Below are positions 19,701-31,747 of a stretch of 64,000 nt of DNA, piece by piece. The DNA is from Bugula neritina. Lineage: Eukaryota; Animalia; Bryozoa. Numbering within the stretch: position 1 is the first letter of the stretch; each line of letters starts with the position of its first letter. The stretch covers positions 7,270,707-7,334,706 of the forward strand of contig OZ037767.1 of NCBI GenBank assembly GCA_964035545.1, given 5' to 3'. The notes below the pieces were generated by a model. It had not been told where the DNA came from, ran no database searches, and saw only the letters and a program-made list of their open reading frames with translations. Made by a program: the position numbers and the translations under genes.

Positions 19701-22700
19701 CAACAACAAGTATAACTATTATACAGTACAACTATCAAACCCTTCCATGTTGATCTATACTGTGCTGGCCGACAGAATCTAAAGACACTACGCTGCCCAA
19801 ACCATCCTTGTCTTTCACACTCATATCGCCATAAAACAATTCTGTCCATCTGTAAAATGTGATTGCACTCTGGTAACAAGGATTCAGTAAAAACTTTTTA
19901 ACCGTGTTTAAAAAAATGTAAATTTTCAATCAACTTGGATTTTTAAAACTTATGCTTTAACAAAGTTTACTCTTTAATAGATTACAAGTTTTATAAGTCA
20001 AGGAAAGATAAATCTACATTATATTACATACACTTATTTTAATAGTTGCACTGCTGATACAACTATAATGCTAATTACTATTGCTGCACATGCAAATTGC
20101 ATTGACATAATGCTAATCACAATGTATATTAATTTCATCATATGAGCTATATAATAACTAATTCTTCTAGCTTCTTTATATAACCAGTATACATAAAGTG
20201 AGCATTTGTATTCAACGAATAACTCAACAACAAAATATATATTGAAAGTAGTTTAACATAAAAAGAGTCAACATAAAATACAATAATTTATATTGCATAT
20301 GAATGCAGTAATAATACATGGAAGCGCTGAAGAAGCTGTGAAGTAGCTGTGAGAAGGCGTGCATACAGTAGAATTATGTTGAAACACCATAATAGTACAG
20401 TATTGTACGTATTATGTGAAATATATGACCATTGCTCATGCAATTTATATGACATAAATAAATTATATAGCTAAAAATTAAAGAAGTGAAAAGAGTTATC
20501 CATTGCATGAAATAGACTGCAATAATAGCAGCTACCCCTTATTGTCTTTACCGTTCACTATGATTTCCTCCTTTGCTGAAATAGGTTACACATGCATGAG
20601 TATATTTTGTATTTGTAGCTTGGATTTTTTTAAAATTGCAGCTAGATAACTTACTTATAACCTGTTAAAATGTATGACTATAAACAAAGGAAACTGATGG
20701 CAAATTCAATGATCCAAAAAGTTGATAAGAATAAAATATTATCAATAAAAGAAATTATATTATATGCCAATACAAAACTATTTTTATTAAATATACATGC
20801 TTAAAAACAGCTAAAGTATAGAAAATATTTTCGAAGTGAAGAGTTATAAAATAGTTTAGGAATAAAATATATAGTTATAGGCTGCCACATTTACGTACCG
20901 CTCTTCTTTCCTGTTAACTAAGGCTATTCTGCCATAATCCCAGGCAATCTTTCTCAAAACTCCAAAAAGAATTACAAGTGCCTAAAATATGGCATGGAGT
21001 AATATATAAAACTCTTTTACTGAAATAAAGTCTTGCAACAGAAAGCCATTCCAAATTGTTGCTACAAATCATTAAATTTAAAATTATAAAGATAAACGGG
21101 GCGAGGCCTGAAACGTAGTTGGAACCCCCTCTTGTTTCCTCTCCCTACGCCATCCTTGGGGATCATCATTAAATTAGAATTTTAGAATGGCAAGATGCAC
21201 AAAACTTGACTCTGAGTAAATAAAAACGTTCAGTTTACTGGTAATAGGGTTTCCCAGATGCAAGATGTCTTCAATGAAAATATATAATATTTGCTAGTGA
21301 GTATGTAAACACAAAGGGAGCAGCTTTGGTGTAGTGGTTAGAGTAAACATAAGGTCAGTAGTTCAAGCCTTAACACCAAAGAGCATCCAGTCATAAGTGC
21401 TCGGTGCCACACCAGAAAAAAAGTGCTTAACACAATTTAAAAACCTCTTTCCATCAGGGGTTCTCACAATGAAAGTGGCTATAAACTCACTGTGGTTGTT
21501 TTTAGGTAGACATTAAAGAGTCAGCCAAGGGGTTAGAGGTTAGGGGTAAAAGAAATTGGCCTAGTAAATCCGAAGTCATGGGTTCGAACCCCAGAGAAGG
21601 CCATTGGTGATGTTAGAAAGAGTATCCAGCCATAATTGCTCTTGTACCCATCTAATTAAGTTTTTAGCCCGATTTAACAAAAACCCTTTTCATCAGGGGT
21701 TCTCACAGGGATAATGACTATAAACTTGCAATTTTTATTTAAAGAAGGTGACCAAATGCGCTATACAAGTGTTACTTGCTCTCACTTCTCAGTACAGTGC
21801 GTGTTATAACTCGTCCTCTAATCTCTTTACATAATAATATAAATATTGATGCATGATGCTACAAGCAGAGTAATTAATTAATTGCCTGACAGTAAATCAA
21901 AAGATGGTGAGAAGCTTTGAATGATTGAATAGTGTTATATTATGTTAAGTTGAGTGGTCGTAGCAATACAGTAGACAGTATATATGTTATAGATTTCTAG
22001 CCACAAGGGAATAATATTTTGAAGCAACTGCTTCGTATTATGTTGATATAACTTTTTGCTAAGGCTGCAGAATCCTTACAGTCTATCATACAGACCGCAA
22101 TATTATATGCTATCTGTTTCAATCTAACCATCAACACAAATTATCACATGCTCAAGATTGTTCCCTATACGGACAAGTACAATTGATAACTTTTTATACT
22201 AAAACAGAAAAGTCTAGAGTTCAACTTATTGCGGCAGCTTTTTTGTATCAGCTGTCAGCAGTGAACATGATGATACAGAAACTCTTTCCATGTAACATTG
22301 GTTTGATTTTGGATTATTTGCTTGTAAGTTTAGTATAAAATGCAATAACTCGTCTAAAAGGAAACTAGCAATCTCTGAGAACCCACAGCTATTTGATTTA
22401 GCTGACTCTTTATACAACTTGCAATGCTATATTTGTAAAAATTACCACAGAATGATGTATATATATTTGAATTGAGCTCCGATGTCATCTATTACCTTAT
22501 ATATCCAGGAAACTTTATCTAAATCAACCATATTTCATAATGCCAAAGCCTAATGCTATATTGTTTTGCTGAAAATGAATGAATTATAAGTGCTAGCAAG
22601 TACGGATATGCAACTTTATCTATATTTAATATAGATTATGTATAATGTCCATACAGCAAATTGAACTTATCGAACATGCTAATTATAGTGTTGAATAATT

Positions 22701-23101
22701 AGAAACAACATTATTTTCTCTTGACTTTTTAAATAAAAAAATAAGGGTAAAAGGCATTTACCGGTACATCAAGAAGTAATATTAAAACAGCTGACCACTA
22801 CAGACAAAACACAATATAATATTGTCAACTATATTATACAATATAATATGAATTGGCTGTATAATAGAATATATTACTAACCACTGAAGATATGATACAG
22901 TATATTACTAACCACTGCAGATGCAACATTCATCAGCAAGTTTTCAGGAATTCCCTCAAATGTTCCTATTCCAGGAAGGACTGGAGAGTCTTGGTGTTGG
23001 TCACATGATATGTTGTACTCACTTTGGACACTGGCTAGCTTGTCTAACATGATGCCTACACGTATGTTATCATACTCATTAGTTCCTTGTGGACCGTTCA
23101 T
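10742..23101 (-). CDS. TMEM63: OSCA/TMEM63 (CSC1-like) mechanosensitive cation channel, multi-exon
   Basis: GT-AG exons encode [44 protein letters not shown]-like [32 protein letters not shown] and [11 protein letters not shown]. Distal exons read at about 12345-12460, 12023-12091 and 10742-10894. Confidence 0.9.
11840..11980. mobile_element. Small fold-back (MITE-like) element in a TMEM63 intron
   Basis: TACCCGAACAAGACAAAGTGGAAATAGGTGAGAA pairs with TTCTCACCTATCCCGCTTTGTCATGTCCGGGTA. Confidence 0.6.
21316..21735 (+). mobile_element. Two tandem tRNA-derived SINE copies
   Basis: A/B-box-like TGGTGTAGTGGTTAG and GGTTCGAACCC; shared body AGCATCCAGTCATAA...TTTCCATCAGGGGTTCTCAC; homologous to copies at 24360 and 51340. 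Confidence 0.75.
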
Positions 23102-24276
23102 TATATTATATATTATATATTATATTTAAATATAATAAATAACTATATTATATATTTATTATAAACTTTTTTCCAGCAAAAGATATTTCTTTCTCCATGC
23201 AATATTTAGGTAGGCTATTTAATAGATACCATTTAGCATTGTATACCACAGCAAATTAATTAAGGTTATTTTTCTTAGTCAATTATATTATATTAGAAAC
23301 ATGCAAAAATCAAATACGCAATTAAAAACAAAATAACACTTTGACATTTACACAAGGATCTAGAAGAATATCACCTCTATTTAGATTTATTACATAATTA
23401 AATTTAATATACTAGCTTTTACAGCAACACATTTAATCAAAAATGGTATAGGTGTGTCTACTTACAGTGCTTTAGTAGATTGTTTTAAAAACACTTAAAC
23501 TTGCATCAATAAAGAAGCTCTAGTATCACATAGCAGAGGTGCTGCTATTTAATAGATTCACATGCTAACACAGGCCAGTGTAGGCAAACTACTAAAAATC
23601 AATGATGAGCCACCAGGAATGCATTGATAGTGATTAACAGGGCCTAGCCGGCAATTAATACCAATAATCAATTCTTAAACAATGCCAGCGATTCTAGGCC
23701 AGTGTCACTGCAATGTCACACAAACTTTTTTAAATGCCGCATAAAAATATATTTGTGAAAGTTCTTCACTGTAAAAGATATACGTAATTAGTTTCCTTTT
23801 TTTGTTACTCTTATTGGTAAAATGTTGCAAATTATATGAAATACTTAATATTGAATTACAAAAGAAATTTATAGTAGTTTGTTATAGAATATAGTTGTTT
23901 TGAGTTTACGACATTCTGTTAATTTCAAATTAAATGGTCATGCAAGATTTCTCTTAAAAAAATTATATGTTCTACAGTTTGCAGTACGGCAGTGTAATTG
24001 ACATCTTCCCTCTTTCTAGTATCTAGTATCTAGACAAACTGACACAACTGTGCAGGTACTCTACATAAGGTCAGAGTGGACAGCCATCAAAGCTCACTGT
24101 TTTTTCTAATTTATGAAGAATGCAGGAATATTATGGTGCATATAGAAAATATAGAATAGATAGAAAATTCTATCAAATATCATTCATAAATAAATTAGTA
24201 AGAAATACATGCGTGTATCAATGCATGTGTAGTAGAAATCGCATATTTTTCAAAAAGAACTGTGCAGATGAACAAT

Positions 24277-24348
24277 ACACACACGCACACGCACACGCAC
24301 ACGCACACGCACACGCACACGCACACGCACACGCACACACACACACAC
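24277..24348. repeat. (CACGCA)n/(CA)n microsatellite
   Basis: Direct reading. Confidence 0.95.
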
Positions 24349-24359
24349 ATATATATATA

Positions 24360-24590
24360 GGGAGCAGCCATGGTCTAGGGGTTTGAGCATTTGCCTAGTA
24401 AATATATTATAGTCACAATACATTAGCCATGGGTTCGAGCCGCGACAAAGGCCATTGGTGATGTTAGGAAGAGCATCCAGTCACAATTGCCCCTGTGCCA
24501 CATAGCTGAATAAGTCCTTAGCCCTATTTAACCAAAACTCTTTCCATCAGGAGTTTTCTCAAAGGGATGGTGACTACAAACTTGCATGAG
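24360..24590 (+). mobile_element. tRNA-derived SINE, same family
   Basis: GGGTTCGAGCC B box followed by GGCCATTGGTGATGTTAGGAAGAGCATCCAGTCAC. Confidence 0.75.
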
Positions 24591-26292
24591 TTATATTTAA
24601 ATATGTATGTGTGTGTGTGTGTGTGCGTGTGCGTGTGCGTGTGCGTGTGCGTTCATGCACGTTCGCACGTGGGTATATATATAATTTATTTTATATAAGC
24701 AAGAATAAAAATATTAAACGTGTTCATGCTCAAACTCAAATTACATCATAAAATAGAGCAGTTTCTCAGCAGCAGTGTTGAGAAAGAGCCGCTTGATAAA
24801 CATATTTCTATGCTCTAGTATTACAAGATATATAATATGAGTGAGTGATATCATAGAAAGTTATCTATCATAGGTGTGATGGCAGGTGTTGATTGTTGAA
24901 GTATATAAATCCCATTATTTATATGTCATGCTATATAATTATTATAATTTACTAATTGGTGCAACTAGTTTTAAATTTCCTTAGATTTAATCTTAATTAT
25001 TGCAAAATGTTGGCTTTTTTGAGTTTCGAAAAGTTAAAATAATTACTATATTGCCACATCAATAAAATAATATACTGTATATGTGTTGTCTATTTATAGT
25101 TTCAATCAACATAATAATATTATAATCTTACAGAAAGCTGGTTTTAGTTAAGGGTTTTCTTCTCTTTTCAGTTTGCAGCGCAATATTAATATTTCTATTT
25201 AGTCGCCAATTATTGCCCGCCAGTTGTCGCCACCATTGTTTACGACCATTTTCTTATCCACAATGCTTTGGTGTGTTTTCCGACTTCCTTTGTACTGCTG
25301 CAACATGAAAAAACTTAAACAGTAAAAATGTTCAAAAATCCAAGTTTAATAGTAATAGTAGTGTGATAGTAGCAGCTTATATAATTATTCATTATAGGGT
25401 AATGAATTTAGCACTTGCAACTTGCATGTTGAAGTTCAAGTTGCAGGGCCAGGTTCGCATCATAATGATAATCACTGATTTAGATTATGATAATCATAAT
25501 GATAATGACAATGATAAGATTAATAATTATAATAATCATCACGACATTTCTCATTCCGATACTCGTAGTATGAGTATCAGTCATACTAATACTAATAGTA
25601 ATAGTGATACAGATTATCCCTGATTATAAATTATTAAATATCATGTTCATAATCATTCAACTTCATGATCAAATTCAAAGTGAAAATGAAAATCAATATC
25701 AATCTGAGTATTTTGATCTTAATCTTTACCATTAAATTTAATCATTATCATAATGTTATATGTGTTTTAATTATTTAATCTAATTTTATTGCAATATTTA
25801 TAATTATATTAACTCAATTATTGTCATATTCTGATATTCATATTGATATAGATTATAATTATTTAAATTTAATAGTAATATTTGTATATTTTAATTTTTA
25901 ACTATTAGGATATTTTTACAAATATATATAGTTATAGTATTAATTATATAAATTTAAATAAAACATTGATATTAGATTTAATTTGAATTATCATTGTCAT
26001 TATAATTATGGCTTTTCATAGAATAATTTTACTCTAAGTCAATGATAAATATTGAATAATTACTTTGATAAGTGTTTTTAGGATTTGTGGCGATTCTATA
26101 ATATTTAATGTTATATTTGGTATTTGTTTTTAATTTTGCACTTGTATTATCAGTATTAATAATTCCTACTGTTAGTCTTACATACATCTCGTGCTATTTT
26201 ATTGATATTACTGCTAATAGCATTTGCATAACTATAAGACTAAGTATAAGTAAAGCTAGAGGTTGAAGAATAGCTTAAGCTCAATTCGAATC

Positions 26293-26744
26293 CATGACTA
26301 TTCGAAAATGACAATTGAAAAACACTTTTTTGGAAAACGAACAAATCACCAATAGCCAACTTGAAAATGGACAATTGGAAAATGAAGAGTCTTCGACATG
26401 GCCTAGTCCGGAGAGGCGTTCAAGATCCAGCCCGATCCAAAATAGCTTTCAACAATAAATAGAAAGGCTGAATCAGTTAGGCTATCATGGAAGTGGAATT
26501 AGTAAACCAAATAGTTCCAATTTAAAACTGCCCACGTTTACAATAAGCTATTTTGGACCGGCTGCATTCTGAACGCCCCCTCCGGACTAGGCCATGTTGA
26601 AGATTTTTCATTTTCCAAATGTCATTTTCCAAACGTCTATTTTCCAAGGGTCCATTTGCTAAATGTCCATTTTCGAGTTGACTATTGGTGATTTGTTCGT
26701 TTTCCAAATAAGTGCGTTCCAATTGTCATTTTTGGATAGTCATG
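26293..26744. mobile_element. MITE/fold-back element with long (~150 bp) imperfect TIRs
   Basis: CATGACTATTCGAAAATGACAATTG...GGCCTAGTCCGGAG is mirrored by CTCCGGACTAGGCC...CAATTGTCATTTTTGGATAGTCATG. Confidence 0.8.
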
Positions 26745-27082
26745 TCGCCATTGAATTCATATTGATATTCTAATAATTATACTAGTTAATCATTAGGTAG
26801 TAGACTTGACCTTTTAATCATTGGGTTGTTACTAGTTTAGAACTGCTCATTTGTACAAAGCATTGCACTAGTCATTTTATAACATAAGATTTCATTTGAT
26901 ATCAAAATTTTAAATCGAAAGGACAACTGCATGTTGTAATGTATACATTCAAGACATAAACAGTTTGAATGATGGTTTTATTGTGGCATAATGTGTTATT
27001 ATGTTTACGATTTTATTATGTAGCTTATTAGAATAGTATAGCACATAAAATGAGCTTATAACCCATTCGTCTATGTTGTAGA

Positions 27083-27982
27083 ATGTTTTCCATAACAGCT
27101 GATGGGCAGAAGCAGTATGCATGCACCCTATGTGATCACACTAGCTTTTCACTTTATTCATTTACTGATCACATGCTTACACATTCTACAGTTTATCCAT
27201 ATGGGTGTAATAGCTGCTCTTTGAGGTTTACAACCAATATTCAACTAAATCGCCATGCTGTTCAGCATAAGAAAAATGAGAAACCTAGGCATGAGACTGT
27301 AGTAAAAAAGCCGTCTTTGCCACCAACACAACCTTTTTATTCATGCCCTCAATGCGATTACAAAAGTAAAAGGTGTGATGGGTTGGTATTTCATGCCACC
27401 CAGCACATAGCATTATATAAATACACTTGCACAATTTGTTTTCTCAATTTTCACCGTGCAGACCATCTCACTAGACATCTCAATGATCAACATAAGAGTT
27501 CTGGCATTGATGTTGAATCTTGTGAAAATAGAAAATGGAAAGCAGCTGTTCGAAAATTATACAAAGATGATCCCAATTTTGCCAGGTATGAACAAGCGTT
27601 GTTGAAGGCACTTGATGCTAGTTATATGCCAAGCCCAACGATTGTTCGGTCTATAAAATTAGAAGCTTCTGAGGATTCATTAAACAAAGAGAAATCCCCG
27701 ACAAGCAAAGCTGCTCAGTGCTCGCCATGCATGATGACTTTTCGTAACAGAATACAACTTTATTGGCACAACAAAAAAGTTCATGGTTTTACTGCACCGA
27801 AAAATTACCAATGTTCCATGTGTGAGGTGAAGTTTGCTTCAAGTGGTAGTTTATCTCGGCACGTGAATAACATGCACAAATCTAACGCCATTGATACAAG
27901 TGAAACTGCCAGCATTGATCTACCATATAGCAACAATTCTCATGAGTTAGTTATAGATCAAACATATTCTGCTTTTATATGA
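27083..27982 (+). CDS. C2H2 zinc-finger protein (about 6 fingers); may have an upstream exon
   Basis: Repeated CxxC-x12-HxxxH motifs; acceptor TGTTGTAG just before the ATG. Confidence 0.85.
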   Translation: MFSITADGQKQYACTLCDHTSFSLYSFTDHMLTHSTVYPYGCNSCSLRFTTNIQLNRHAVQHKKNEKPRHETVVKKPSLPPTQPFYSCPQCDYKSKRCDGLVFHATQHIALYKYTCTICFLNFHRADHLTRHLNDQHKSSGIDVESCENRKWKAAVRKLYKDDPNFARYEQALLKALDASYMPSPTIVRSIKLEASEDSLNKEKSPTSKAAQCSPCMMTFRNRIQLYWHNKKVHGFTAPKNYQCSMCEVKFASSGSLSRHVNNMHKSNAIDTSETASIDLPYSNNSHELVIDQTYSAFI

Positions 27983-28735
27983 CTGAAAACTGGTTGTTGA
28001 TAATCAAAGTTATTCTTACATTCTATAATAGGCTAGCTAGTTCAATTGACAATTCTGTAATTTTTTCATGATTATTATTTGATTTAGACAAAATTTTTAA
28101 TATTAGCTCTTATAACCTTCTTTGATCAATTTTGAGTTGATGAATCAATGAGTTATCCCATTATTACTAAGTTCAATTTTTGATGCTTGTTTTGGTATGC
28201 AAGTGTATGTTCTGAATGTAAATATTTGTATTCATGTACATATGCATTAATTGAAGTCTTTTCTCTTCTTGATACATATTTTTAGGGTCTTGGGTTATGG
28301 TAGTTGATATAGCTTTTCACTTGACAATATTTGATAAAACTATTTTACACTTTGTGTCTAACTTTTAACTACTATAATCACACATTGTTTACTGTTTTTG
28401 ATAGGCAATGTTACAAATATAATGTATATATATGATATCAAGTACATATTATGTTGCTTTATACTTTATAGTCTATGGGTTCTGAGCTATGAAAATAAAA
28501 TACACTAATAATTATGCTTACTAATGACAATTATAATATGAGTGCAACAAATTCTACATTTTCAACCTCAATATGTAATAGTTGAGAAAGCCTACTACAT
28601 ATTCCAAACTTGTTTGTAAAGAACAATTTTGAAAACCAGGATCATTGTATTTAGAGCATACGGTATATTTAAACAGTGAAACATATCTATTACACGTCAC
28701 AACTAAATGAGAGCAAATCATGGCATGTTCTTTTT

Positions 28736-28920
28736 GCTGTGAGGCTTCAAATCGTTCTATAAGCAGCTCCCAGTTGCGGTGACTGAGTGCAGTAATCTGG
28801 GATTCTCGAGTTTGAAGTTAGAGGTTTCAACGTAAACCTCCAAATTCATGAATTCCAAACTACTGCACTCAGTCACCCTTAACTCGGAGCTGCTTATAGA
28901 ATAATTCTGTGGCCTCGGCA
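28736..28920. mobile_element. Palindromic MITE-like element
   Basis: TTCTATAAGCAGCTCC..GGTGACTGAGTGCAGTA is mirrored by TACTGCACTCAGTCACC..GGAGCTGCTTATAGAA. Confidence 0.75.
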
Positions 28921-29399
28921 TAGAAAATATCACCTTGCAAATTTACAAGTTTTCATCTAAGGGAGAGTCTTTGGAGTCATCTAACCATTGCCATAAGTGT
29001 CGCATTTCAGTCCATCTAGTGATTGGATTCAACTTATACGGGCATTTACTATTTGCTCCCAACACTTTTGACGAGAACTGCTAGCCAATCATCTCTTGTA
29101 ATCCGTTTTCTAATGATGCACGCTCAAAGCCACAGAAATTCTACCTGTACCACCGCACTATATCTAATGATTATAATCATTGACTATACCTAAAAGTAGT
29201 AGATGTACTAGGAGTAACATAGAGCGATTTATTAACCCTTTGGACAATTGGAGTAATAGTGCTACAGCTACTTATACTTTCCTTGTGGGTAGGCATTTAA
29301 AGTATTAATCATTTATTTTTAATGCGTTGAAATAAGGTCAATGCTGAATTTGATTTAGATTAATAGTTATAGATAGGTTTAATTTTAATTTACTATAGA

Positions 29400-30000
29400 C
29401 TTGGAGTATAATTATTTAATAGTACTAATTATTAATATTTAATACTATAACTATAAGTATAACTATAAGTATAAGTATAGTACTATAAGTATAGTATAGA
29501 CTATAATATTAATAGTAATAGTAATACTGAGTATAATACCAAATCTAATACTAATACTATTAGTATTAGTATTACTATTAGTAATAGTAATACTAATAGT
29601 AATACTAATAGGCTATAGACTCATTAAATGATTAATCGTTATGATTATAGAGTATAGTCTATAAGACCAAGTATAACTATTACTATTAGTATTACTATTA
29701 CTATAAGATTAAGTATATTGATTTAACATTATAATACTAATAGTAATACTAATACTAATAGTTATAGTAATACTAATACTAATAGTAATACTAGTAATAG
29801 TAATACTTATAGTTAAACTTAATGTTATATACTTATAGTTATAGTAATATAGTATTATTTTACTATTAGTATTAGTAATACTAGTATTACTATTATAGTA
29901 ATAATACTGATACTAGTATTAGTAGTACTAGCAGTAGTAGTATTACTATCTCTATTACTAGTATTAATATTACTGCTAGTTTTAGTGTTAGTATCAGCAT
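29400..30000. repeat. Low-complexity (AGT/ACT/AAT)n tract
   Basis: Direct reading. Confidence 0.8.
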
Positions 30001-31747
30001 TATGATAAATGTAATTGTTATGTAACAGTTGAGACTACAATAATAAACCATTTTTATTTTATTTATCATATAGCTACACTCATGTAGTCATGTTGATACT
30101 CACAAAGTGATGAGTGATAATCATAGCGATGCTCTTATTAGTATAAATTCACTATAAATATAACCTGTATAAATCATAATCTAGTGAGACTAACATTAAA
30201 AGTAAGAGTTAGACTTAAAGTAGATATAATAATAACTTGGGTATAACTATAACCTTCTAGTTTTAGTTTCCTAAACTCCTTATAGTAATTAGTAATATCA
30301 TTACATCAGCATCATTAGTAAATTACTATTAATATTTTTATATAATTGTAGGTATATAGATATTACAATTGTTCATTAAATCATTTACTGTATTAGTATA
30401 ACTATAACCCTATTATAACTATAAGTATTAGCATTAAAATTACAGTATAACCATTAAATTTAGCGTTGCTAATAGTTATTATTTATTAGCATTACATTTA
30501 CTACTTTAGGTATATCACATGCCCATAAGGCTAAGCCAACTAAATGCAAACTTGCTTCAAGTTCCTCAGGTGGTCAAGTGGAATTATTAAGCATTAAACT
30601 ATTATATTTACGCTAAATTTACACGTTAGAATGTCCTATAACTGTATAACTTAGAGTAGAAGTCATACAGTTATACTGTATAGGTATGACAATACTTATT
30701 GAAGAGTACAAAATTAGAGAACAAAAATATGTACTAGAAATCTTATTAAAATTAAGTTTAAGAAAGTGGTAAAGAATTGCATATTTATCTCCTACTTTTT
30801 TGCTAATATTTCAGCAGCATCTCCCATTGAGATTAGATTTAATCCATTATATTACTAACTCAAATATTTAAAAGTTCTTGACAGTTAACTAGTTAATGTT
30901 TATTGATTCACTTCACTGTAATTGGAATTAATGTTTCATATTTATAATTTGTATCGCAAAGGTTTGTGCATCTAGTCAATTATTCATATTCTTTAATTAT
31001 TCTTGCCATTTTAAGGTAATATATTATAGTTTATCTGTTGAAAAATACCAATAAATGGTGTTTACTATTTACTAGCACGACTCAATGTTACTAAAGAGTT
31101 GACTTTTGCTTGCAATTGAACATAAACTACATAAAATTAATGTTCCCAATACAGCTGATAATAATTTTCAACTTGCTAATTTTTGCTTATGAAAACATTT
31201 TTTAGAATATATGAAATGTGAGATAATTAGGTTAATTTAATACAAATTGTATTATAGAAATTAAAATTTAAGTTTCTGGTTTTCCTATAAAATGCATTAG
31301 TATGAGCTATTTTTTTATTTGCTTGTTTTTCTAGTTAATGCAAAATTATATAATAGAAAATGATTTTGCCAAATGTTCACTCGTACTTCATCTCGTATGA
31401 GTTACAGGTGAACCTATGTGTGGTGAAAGTACCAATTCTATTTATAGTTAGCTGTGCCTATTCAGTGCCGGATTGACACTGGATTTCAGTTATTATAGTC
31501 AAGCTTTCAGCACGTTCAATATCTTAATTTTGAAGTATATTATGAGGTTAGCTCATGTTTTTTCCCAGCTGTGATGCACATGCAATGGAGCTCTATAAGC
31601 ATATCTTGTAAATGAAGTCATCTAGCCTTTTCCATAGTCTAATAACACTATTGTTTTGTTTTGCAGGTGATGGGCATCACATGCTTACCAATAGGAATGC
31701 AAATCACCAGCTTAACTCATAAGTTTTAAGTCTGTTTGAAACTGAGT

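Noticed and set aside
21575-21595. tRNA gene suggested by GGTTCGAACCC
   Set aside because: No complete cloverleaf; it is the head of a SINE.
26522-26722. ORF with LENxx pentapeptide repeats
   Set aside because: Arises from the internal TGGAAAA sub-repeats of the fold-back element.
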